A DNA stretch of 18,252 bases from Octopus sinensis (GCF_006345805.1 NW_021824575.1:1-18252), one strand, 5' to 3'. Numbered from the stretch's first letter, positions 9,570-18,067 are shown. A program made the numbers and translations. The notes: a model not told the origin generated them from the sequence alone.

Positions 9570-10246
9570 TTATTTTAGTGTTAATATTCCGTGCTACCTA
9601 TCATTTTACTGGTGATACTCACAGTGGTAACTAACTTCCTTGGGTTGGTTGACTTCTGTCTCAGTAGGATTCAGTATTTGAATCACCTGTCTGGAAGTTC
9701 AAAGGATGACAGGAAAAATTAGAAAGGATGGAAGCCCATTATTTGTCAGTTGAATTACAAAGTGAATTTATTTGTCTTCACTCCAATCTTGTTTTGTAAA
9801 GCATATTATCTGACAGATCAAAAGAAAAACAGTATTTAATAATATTCTATGCAGCACCTGATTCCGCTCGTGCTCAACATTAACATGTGTCATTTATCAT
9901 TATCTTCAAACTAAAGATTGCAAGTCTAACATTAAAGGGAATTTTTTATCTTTTGAAGAGTGTTGCAAGAAAAGAGACTGTGATATTGCAAACCTGATGG
10001 AGGAAACATTGAGCAAAACTGGCTTTCTTTTGGGAGATTATAAGAAACAAGAATGTCATAACGGTGCCAATATTCTAGTTGAATACAAGGAAGCACAAAG
10101 GATATCACTGAATGAAATTTTGGGGGTTATTTTCAAACAGTATGTATAGTATACACGGAATTTACGTCGGGTGGATTCAACACAGAACAATACTAAAACA
10201 GTTAACGTTTGCGGAACTACTGAAAATATCTACAGTATCTTTTCCT
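9570..10246 (+). pseudogene. Decayed hAT-superfamily transposase (ZMYM1-like/DUF4371 region) with stops and frameshifts
   Basis: Manual translation gives colinear motifs GDTHSGN/NFLGLVD; EAHYLSVELQSEFI; KQYLIIFYAAPDSA; IKGNFLSFEECCKK..IANLMEETL..GDYKKQECHNGANI..YKEAQ; YTRNLRRVDS..CGTTENIYSIFS. These match the hAT pattern GNFLGL, HYLS..QNEFI, YYSIILDxTPD, ERFLxF, CRGQGYDNGANM, HxLNL, FFGxxxxIYxxFS. Confidence 0.85.
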
Positions 10247-10580
10247 ATAAGTACCAGGCTTTAAAAATAGTACCTATTTCTTTACTGCCCACAAGGGACT
10301 AAACACAGAGAGGACAAACAAGGACAGACAAACGGATTAAGTCTATTATATCGACTCCAGTGCATAACTGGTACTTATTTAATCGACCCCGAAATGATGA
10401 AAGGCAAAGTCGACCTCGGCGGGATTTGAACTCAGAACGTAGCGGCAGACGAAATACTGCTAAGCATTTCGCCCGGCGTACTAACGTTTCTGCCAGCTCG
10501 CCGCCTTAAAAATAGTACCGTGGTCGATTCGTTCGACTGAACCCTTCATGGCGGTGCCCCAGCATGGCCGCAGTATAATG
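10247..10580 (+). mobile_element. SINE family A 3' fragment split by a family B insertion
   Basis: Removing 10275-10519 restores AAGTACCAGGCTTTAAAAATAGTACCGTGGTCGATTCGTTCGACTGAACCCTTCATGGCGGTGCCCCAGCATGGCCGCAGT. Confidence 0.8.
10275..10505 (-). mobile_element. SINE family B, full length, with 14-bp TSD
   Basis: TTAAAAATAGTACC at 10261-10274 and 10506-10519. Confidence 0.94.
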
Positions 10581-10659
10581 ATAGCATTCACACACACACA
10601 CTCACATGTATATGCGAGTAGCGAGTGTGTGTGCTCTAGTGCATATGTGCGTGTCTGTC

Positions 10660-10870
10660 TATCTCTTTCTGTTTGTTCCTTTTCCTCATTGCTTGAAAGT
10701 CGGTACTGATTTGCACACGTCTCCGTAACTTAACAGTTCTACAAAAGGAACCGACAGAATAAGTACTAGACTTGAAAAAAATAAGAAATGGAATATATTT
10801 GTTTGACTAAACACTTGAAGGTGGCGTCCCAGTAAGGCCACAGTCCAATGATTGAAACAATAAAAAAGAA
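10660..10870 (+). mobile_element. Old SINE family A 3' body
   Basis: CATTGCTTGAAAGTCGGTAC...CCGTAACTTAACAGTTC...GAATAAGTACTAG...GAAGGTGGCGTCCCAGTAAGGCCACAGTCC. Confidence 0.75.
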
Positions 10871-10890
10871 AATAATAATAAATAATAATA

Positions 10891-11028
10891 GGCGCAGGAG
10901 TGGCTGTGTGGTAAGTAGCTTGCTAACCAACCACATGGTTCCGGGTTCAGTCCCACTGCGTGGCATCTTGGGCAAGTGTCTTCTACTTTAGCCCCGGGCC
11001 GACCAATGCCTTGTGAGTGGATTTGGTA
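10891..11028 (+). mobile_element. SINE family A head only (young), cut off at GGATTTGGTA
   Basis: GGCGCAGGAGTGGCTGTGTGGTAAG...GGTTCAGTCCC...TTGGGCAAGTGTCTT. Confidence 0.92.
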
Positions 11029-11029
11029 C

Positions 11030-11325
11030 ACAGATTTGCCAGAGATGATTTCTAAAATGGGAATATCTGAAATAAACTCGGCTGCTCTCACAAACGAGAA
11101 TACTAAAAATGAACCCGACCGCTCTCAAGAATTAAGTAAAAAAGACAGGAAAGATAATTCAGAATCCTTGTCCGATACCAGATCGATTCCAAAATCTAAT
11201 CAGTTCGTACCTGTCACAAGGCTAAATATCCCTGAAAGTTTCATCGAATCCATCCAGCGGTTCTTGAGATATCTTATCCACGGACAAACAAACAAACAAA
11301 CAAACACTCTAAGGCGGAGATAATT
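11030..11325 (+). mobile_element. Possible non-autonomous Helitron/Helentron-associated (HINE/DINE-1-like) element
   Basis: CCAAAATCTAATCAGTTCG...CCCTGAAAGTTTCATCGAATCC...TTGAGATATCTT, then a (CAAA)n microsatellite and a degenerate terminal hairpin CTCT-AAGGC-GGAG followed by ATAATT. Resemblance recalled from memory, not searched. Confidence 0.5.
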
Positions 11326-11449
11326 AGACGGCGAAAACATTGTCCATTCAACCTCCTCTGCAACAATTAGTTTATGCAGAAAATGGCCCACACATCTGTT
11401 TCATTGAATTCTTTGTTCTAGCTCTCTTAATGATGGCTAACCCACATTG

Positions 11450-11670
11450 CTCCGTAAAGAGCATAGGGCCGGTTTCCGGGTTTCTCTGGCATGTATATTC
11501 CTTCCAGGACGAGACGTTGGTCCGTCGTAGGATTACTCATTTTTACTGGTAGCGCGGACTGAAATGAAGTGTTTTGCTCAAGAACACAACACATCATCCG
11601 GTCCAGGAATCCAAACTACAAACTTACGATCCTGAGTCCAACACTCTAACCATTAAACCATGTGCCTCTC
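11450..11670 (-). mobile_element. tRNA-derived SINE family C, moderately old
   Basis: Minus strand: GAGAGGCACATGGTTTAATGGTTAGAGTGTTGGACTC (tRNA-like head), degenerate B box, TTCTTGAGCAAAACACTT (CORE-like), CCTACGACGGACCAACGTCTCGTCC (resembles a V-domain-like segment). Confidence 0.75.
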
Positions 11671-11739
11671 AATGATACATTATTCAAATTTGCTGACCAT
11701 TAACGTTCACACTCAGGAAGTCTTTTACATAATGTCCAT

Positions 11740-11868
11740 TATTTTATCGACCCTGGAAGGATGAAAGGCAAAGATAATCTTGACAGAATTTGCACTCTGA
11801 TTGCAAAGAACAGCAGCAAATTACCCAAGGTATTTTACCCGAAGTTCTAACGATTCTGCCAGTCCATA
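11740..11868 (-). mobile_element. Old SINE family B-related fragment
   Basis: TTTTATCGACCCTGGAAGGATGAAAGGCAAAG...CTAACGATTCTGCCAG. Confidence 0.75.
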
Positions 11869-12308
11869 TCATCCAACTGTTATTTATCTGAGTTTTCTCT
11901 CCTAGTAAACCTTCCGTACATTTATTTCATCACTTCTCGTTTACACATCATGCGTCTTTGCATGTCTTTGTTCCCATTTACTTCCTTACATCGCTTCATG
12001 ACTGAATTGCCAAAGTAATATGTAATTAGAAGACAATATTATTATCTGCTCTATTTAATTCACAGATAATTGGCGTAGACTCATGACCAACCAACGATAC
12101 CAAATACTTTTAATGAAGCCAACGATAAACCCCTTACGTGGTCAACTGACCTATTAGAAATAGCAGCAAGATGTCCCCCGAATTATACCACCACTGTCTA
12201 AAAGCAAATGAGATTATAATCCTAGATATCCCTAAAGGGACAGAAGGTTTAAGGTTTACTTGGGGGATAAACCACAACGGCGGAAACAATAATAGAAGTT
12301 ACAACAGC

Positions 12309-12309
<1 letters not shown>

Positions 12310-12356
<47 letters not shown>

Positions 12357-12362
12357 TAGAAT
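12310..12362. repeat. (AAT)n microsatellite
   Basis: Direct reading. Confidence 0.97.
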
Positions 12363-12439
12363 AATATGTACATGATGTACTTGTTTTGTTCGTTCGTTGG
12401 CGATAACTACAGCAAATATTCTGCTCTTTACCACAGATT

Positions 12440-12865
12440 TGTTTGGTTGTTGTTTCAGCCCCTTAACCCAGTTGAGCATGTCCCTTGTGGCTGACGATAT
12501 GTGCATCTCTGATCACGAGTAGAAGTAGTGGGGGAGCATCATAGCCATGTGTTGAGAGGGATTCTTTGGGGTTTGAAGAATTAACCCCTGGAAACATGGG
12601 TGTTTCGTTCAACATCCTTAAACAACCCCTATTCAGGGACCTTTTGAGCGGGATGTGTTACTCGACTAGAAGAAACTTCTAACTGGACCCCATCTGCAAG
12701 GTCATTCGCTGTTTATCTTGATATAAGATCACCATGTCGCACACATATGGCTGTGATGCATGTGCCTAATGTACCCTTATCAGACGGGTAGTCATGATGG
12801 GTATACTGGGCTTCGTATATTTTACCCCAGTGTCACTTTGATGGTATGCAGTGCTGTCTCACTCA
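12440..12865 (+). mobile_element. Probable retroelement 3' segment ending in an (AAT)n tail
   Basis: Higher-GC block running directly into (AAT)n at CTCACTCAATAATAAT. I recall it as a common octopus interspersed repeat; family not assigned. Confidence 0.5.
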
Positions 12866-12889
12866 ATAATAATAATAATTATAATAAAT

Positions 12890-12942
<53 letters not shown>

Positions 12943-13029
12943 AATGATGATGATGATGATGATGATTATGATGATGATGATGATAATGATGATGATAATA
13001 ATAATAATAATGATGATGATAATAATAAC

Positions 13030-13073
<44 letters not shown>

Positions 13074-13093
13074 TAATAATAATAATAATAATG

Positions 13094-13130
<37 letters not shown>

Positions 13131-13277
13131 TAATATAATAATAATAATGATATAATAATAATGATAATAATAATAATGATAATAATAATAATAATGATAA
13201 TAATAATAATAATGATAATAATAATAATGATAATAATAATAATAATGATAATAATAATAATAATAATGATAATAATA
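12866..13277. repeat. Compound (AAT)n/(GAT)n trinucleotide array
   Basis: Direct reading; source of the poly-D/N/I/M/H ORFs. Confidence 0.98.
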
Positions 13278-13440
13278 AGAGCAGCAACTCTCAATCGAAA
13301 TAAGCTATATTTGCTTGGCTATATATCATTCTTTTGTTGTGAAGCAGCAGGAATCGAGGAAACAAACGGCTGTTCCATTGAAAACGCAATCTATATATTT
13401 CATTGATATTGTTCTCAGGTAATAGAAAAAAAAAAGAATA

Positions 13441-13444
<4 letters not shown>

Positions 13445-13474
<30 letters not shown>

Positions 13475-13500
13475 GCATACACACACGCGCGCGCGCGCAT
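13445..13500. repeat. (CA)n followed by a short (GC)n run
   Basis: Direct reading. Confidence 0.95.
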
Positions 13501-14112
13501 ATCAAAATAGGCAATTCATATCATTAAGTAGTTGAAAATGGAAGGGATAATAGGTTATAAAATGGAGGTGTAATAATTGAAATAATGTATATTGAAAGGA
13601 TTAATTAGTTAGAAATTCATCAAAAACAATCGCGAGTGATTCCTACATTTAACGACGAGATTGATTGGCAAAGATAAATGGCGGATGGACAGATAAACAT
13701 ACATACGGACATACATATACAGGCATACACAAATACAAAACACACATAAATATGTATATACATATATAATCTTTCTCTATCGATGTGTATATATATATAT
13801 ATATATATATATTTAGATATATATGTACATATATATATATATAAACATATATATACATATATATATACACATTCACACACACACACACACACGCAGCACA
13901 CACGCACATATACATATGCATGTATGTACAAATTGAAAGATAGATGGATAGCTATATAATGAGAGGGAGAGAGAGAGAGAAATAGATGGACATATGCATG
14001 CATAGATACATACAGATATACAATCGCAGACGCACAGAGATACACAGCCCCAGACACACATGAACACGTGAGAGCGGACCTCTGCTATCAGAAGTCCCAC
14101 AAGGTCTCTTTT

Positions 14113-14140
14113 TATTATCATTATATTATTATTATTATTA

Positions 14141-14182
<42 letters not shown>
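14113..14182. repeat. (ATT)n microsatellite
   Basis: Direct reading. Confidence 0.96.
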
Positions 14183-14321
14183 CCTCTCCATCTCTCTTTC
14201 CTTCTCCTCTCCATTCCTCCCCCTTTTTACATCCTCAAAACCGGCTGCATTGCACTGTGAGAGAATCTTCGGTGGGTGTCTGGGTGACTGGGGGCAGCCA
14301 GAGCTTCCTTCCTTGCCTTCA

Positions 14322-14355
14322 ATATATATGTGTGTGTGTATATACATACATACAC

Positions 14356-14423
<68 letters not shown>
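14322..14423. repeat. (TG)n/(CA)n/(TA)n compound microsatellite
   Basis: Direct reading. Confidence 0.96.
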
Positions 14424-14524
14424 ATCTTATGATTTGAACTCACAACATAGATAGTATGAACCAGTATAACGAGGTATTCTGTCCGATGCGCTAACGATTT
14501 TACCAATCCAACATTCTCAAAGCA

Positions 14525-14698
14525 ATAATGGTTTCTGATTTTGAAACAAGACCAGCAGCTTCCGGAGAAGGGAGTTAGTCGATTTCATCGACCCCAGTGC
14601 TTGACTGGTACTTACTTCTTAGCCTCGAAAGGATGAAAGGCAATCTCGACGGAATTTGGTCTCAGAACGTTGAAACGTTGAGTTAGTCTAAATACCGC
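14525..14698 (-). mobile_element. Old SINE family B-related copy lacking its head
   Basis: GTCGATTTCATCGACCCCAGTGCTTGACTGGTACT...GAAAGGATGAAAGGCAA...CTCAGAACG. Confidence 0.75.
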
Positions 14699-14699
14699 T

Positions 14700-14927
14700 T
14701 TCTTTACTACCCACAAGGGGCTAAACACAGAGAGGACAAACAAAGACAGACAAACGGATTAAATCGATTATATCGATGCCAGTGCGTAATTGGTACTTAT
14801 TTAATCGACCCCGAAAGGGTGAAAGGCAAAGTCGACCTCGGCGGAATTTGAACTCAGAACGTAACGGCAGACGAAATACCGCTAAGTATTTCGCCCGGCG
14901 CGCTAACGATTCTGCCAGCTCGTCGCT
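14700..14927 (-). mobile_element. SINE family B, full length, young
   Basis: Near-identical to 8196-8420 and 10275-10505. Confidence 0.93.
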
Positions 14928-14946
14928 TTAAGACCTTGTTAATAAT

Positions 14947-15150
14947 CCTTTCTACTAGAGGCACAAGGCCAGAAATTTAGTGGGACGATTAGTCGATTAC
15001 ATCGACCCAGTACTTATACTTATTTTATTGGCCCCGAAAGGATGAAAGGCAAATTCGACCTCAGTGGAAGTTGAACTCAGAACGTATAAACGGACGAAAT
15101 GCCGCCAAGCATTTTGCCCGGCGTGCTAACGATTCTGCCAGCTTGCCGTC
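14947..15150 (-). mobile_element. SINE family B-related older subfamily, full length
   Basis: Same head and core with a different 3' end. 17/19 direct repeat TTAA(G/A)AC(C/A)TTGTTAATAAT at 14928-14946 and 15151-15169. Confidence 0.85.
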
Positions 15151-16148
15151 TTAAAACATTGTTAATAATAAAATCATCTTTATTGCTTTAATAATGCAGA
15201 CGATTCTTAGAAATATGTTTATTCGGCATTTCTGAAAAGAAAAAGTCTTTAATACAAATGATCTCATGTGTTGCCACGTAGTGAATGCTATTGCTACAAT
15301 CCCTAAAATATTTGGTTTTGATGAGCGAAAGTCTTGAATTGTTTGTCTCAGACGATGTAGAAATTTATCTCAAATATTTATAATTTTCCAGCACAGACTA
15401 GATTTCTTGTCATGATTTTTGCTCGGTATCTCTCACCGACAATTCTTTGTCATGTTTAGATGTCATGATTAATTATTTACAGAACCGTCAGCCTGTCATA
15501 AAATAGATTTGTGTTTCGCTTTAGTTTTATATCTGTGGCGTAAAAAATGGTGGAATGTAATGAAAGATTTATATGTGTCAACGTAGAGGGAGTGGAATCA
15601 ATGTGATACAAGATTATTTAATTGAAGTAACCAGTGTCTAAAATAATTATAGCAATCCAATGAGAATTCCCATTCCTAATTATAAATTACGTGATTTATT
15701 TGTGGCTGTCCTCATTTAGCTAGAGGTGAGTTTTGAATAAGCAAACCTATGTTCAAAGGCATTTCAGCTGTGATCATTCGGTCTTTGTTTCAGGCAGTGT
15801 ATCTGAGACTATATTATCTATTGTATTACTGAGGTAATTTTTTTTCTAAACGACAGGGTATAATTTGAAGGAATTTGGTTGCTATTCAAAGCAGACCCAG
15901 CATTCACGTAGAGTTCTATTCATTGGTTCGTGTATAATGTGTTTTAGAGGGCAGATATATTCTAACAGATGCAGATGCTTAGGAACATACGTACATGCAT
16001 GTATGCATACATACATTCATAAATATGGAACAGTAAAATTTGTAAAACTTTCCAGAAGTTTAGTATTTAAGTACATATGCGCATGTCTAGACAAGCAACT
16101 ATATGCCTGAGGATACATACATAAAACAAAAAAAATACATATCTGTAC

Positions 16149-16300
16149 ATGCACTGACTCCAAATACTGTACATAATCAGGCAAACATGCACAAATACAC
16201 TGGTGATGTTGAAATTTAAAAGAAGGAGCCTTGCATCTAGGTTAGAAACCGACTCTTTCTCTGTTGGCAAGAAACCGTGGAATAAAACTGAATAATAACA
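16149..16300 (+). repeat. Unclassified interspersed repeat, copy 1
   Basis: Shares GCACTGACTC.AAATACT, GTTGAAATT and GCCTTG..TCTAGGTT..AAACCG.CTCTTT with 17352-17500. Confidence 0.7.
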
Positions 16301-16470
16301 TACATACACAGACACATACACACAGACATACATACATGTATACATAAATGCATGCATACATACAAAAGTACATACATACATGCATACATACGCACACATA
16401 CATATTACATACATGCGTACATACCTACATACCTTCTACTTACTTACATACATACATACATACATATATA
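16300..16470. repeat. Degenerate (TACA)n/(CA)n array
   Basis: Direct reading. Confidence 0.9.
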
Positions 16471-16634
16471 TATTTATTGAGATACAAGGATGCGTAGCCA
16501 ACTGCCTGAGCACTAATCTTGAGAAATTAAGATTATCAAAATTAAGGTTGACAGTTCTATTGACACAAATCGTCAATAGAACTGTCAAAAAATGCAAACC
16601 TTACCAATGCATCTATTTGAATGTAATGTGTGGT

Positions 16635-16952
16635 GTGTGTATATATAATATATACACACATATACACATATGTACATATTATATATATATATGTGTAATA
16701 TATACATATATTATATATAATATATATATATATATATACTATATATATATATATATATACATATGTATGTTATATATTATATATATATATGTGTGTATGT
16801 GTGTGTGTATATACATACATACACACACACAAACACATATATATTATATATACATACATACATATATAGAATATATATATATATAACATATATATATAAT
16901 ATATATATATATATATTATATATATCATATATATATATAATATATAGATATA
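16635..16952. repeat. (TA)n-dominated compound microsatellite
   Basis: Direct reading. Confidence 0.96.
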
Positions 16953-16953
16953 G

Positions 16954-17140
16954 TTAATCCAAACATGAAAACACAAAGAAAACACAACAACGCGAGACGT
17001 GGAACAAGTATAGTGTTATTGGATGCTCAGGAAAGGAAAGGAAGAAGGAGGATTTAACGTTTCGAGCGGAGCTCTTCGTCAGGAACCTAGAAACAGGAAA
17101 GGTCCAAGGAAGGGAAGACGGAGAAAGAAAATCGCCAACA
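16954..17140 (-). mobile_element. Short microsatellite-flanked element carrying a hammerhead core (Penelope-like pseudo-LTR fragment or derivative)
   Basis: Lies between (TA)n and (CA)n arrays; contains a canonical hammerhead core on the minus strand. Confidence 0.6.
17049..17088 (-). ncRNA. Candidate minimal type I hammerhead ribozyme
   Basis: Minus strand: AGGTTC CTGACGA A GAGC TCC GCTC GAAA CGT T AAATCC. Intact CUGANGA and GAAA, 4-bp helix II, palindromic ACGT helix III; helix I is weak. Confidence 0.7.
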
Positions 17141-17141
<1 letters not shown>

Positions 17142-17177
<36 letters not shown>

Positions 17178-17178
17178 G

Positions 17179-17209
<31 letters not shown>

Positions 17210-17240
17210 TGTATGTATGTATGTATGTATGTATGTATAC
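17142..17240. repeat. (CA)n then (TATG)n microsatellites
   Basis: Direct reading. Confidence 0.97.
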
Positions 17241-17351
17241 AGATATGTACATATTTGAGTATTCCGGAGCCGTTGGACTGACGTTTCTCGTCTGCTACGA
17301 CTTGTATTTACACGCACATATATACATAGAAGAAAACCTACGGAAATGCAT

Positions 17352-17500
17352 ATGCACTGACTCTAAATACTCGATCATAAATGTGCCTTACTGATGTTTG
17401 TTGAAATTCCTATGAAGTTGCCTTGGTTCTAGGTTGCAAACCGGCTCTTTTTTTTTTCATTGGCGAGAAATATAGAAATAAAGCATAAATGACAGCATAC
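17352..17500 (+). repeat. Unclassified interspersed repeat, copy 2 (diverged)
   Basis: Colinear blocks shared with 16149-16300. Confidence 0.7.
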
Positions 17501-17700
17501 ACACATACATTTTTGAGCATATAAATTCCTATGTTGTCGTTACGTAAAAGTGTTACTAAGAGCAACCCATTCTTACATAGTCTGCGAATGACGTTATGAA
17601 TAAATGAATACATAACATTGCGCCAAATTACAATTAATGCATATTACAAATTCTAGGGGGTTTGTTTTTATTTCAGAAAATCAATCTATTTCACCAGACA

Positions 17701-17701
<1 letters not shown>

Positions 17702-17731
<30 letters not shown>

Positions 17732-17991
17732 TGTATGTATGTATGTATGTATGTATGTATGTATGTATGCATGCAAGTACATATGTATGTATGACTGTTT
17801 GAATGCATGTATGCATGTATGCATGCATGTAATGTATGTATGCATGTATATAAGTATGCATGCATGTTTGAATATATGTATGTATGTACGTTTGCATGCA
17901 TGTATATATGTATGTATGTTTAGATGTATGTATGTATGTATGTATGTATGTATGTATCTATCTATCTATCTATCTGTCTGTCTATCTATCT
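17702..17991. repeat. (TATG)n array with a degenerate (TGCA-rich) middle, then (TATC)n
   Basis: Direct reading. Confidence 0.96.
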
Positions 17992-18067
17992 AATTTCTCT
18001 TCGCCTAAATGGCTCTGAGGGAGGTATACAGCCCCCAAATAGCTGGGCTCTCTTATCTCAGCGATGA

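Noticed and set aside
10891-10965. tRNA genes at SINE heads (also 6304, 8991, 11670)
   Set aside because: A/B-box-like motifs are present, but I could not form a full cloverleaf, and each continues into a SINE body.
10976-11323. 115-aa ORF with natural-looking composition
   Set aside because: It is a chimera spanning a SINE-A head and the adjacent repeat, and it ends in a (CAAA)n microsatellite.
12760-13294. Poly-Asp/Asn, poly-His and poly-Ile ORFs as biomineralisation or low-complexity proteins
   Set aside because: All frames of one (AAT)/(GAT) array give such ORFs; there is no flanking coding context.
13344-13424. Plus-strand exon ending at CAG/GTAATA
   Set aside because: One frame is open, but the composition is intron-like and the same AG reads equally well as an acceptor; unsupported.
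549-17993. The ~80 ORFs in the supplied track as protein-coding genes
   Set aside because: Almost all are translations of microsatellites (HT, YI, CV, LSIY, poly-N/D/I) or recurrent SINE frames (for example CPRCHAVGLNPEP and GRLCLSSFRGR in several copies). None has a recognisable cellular domain.
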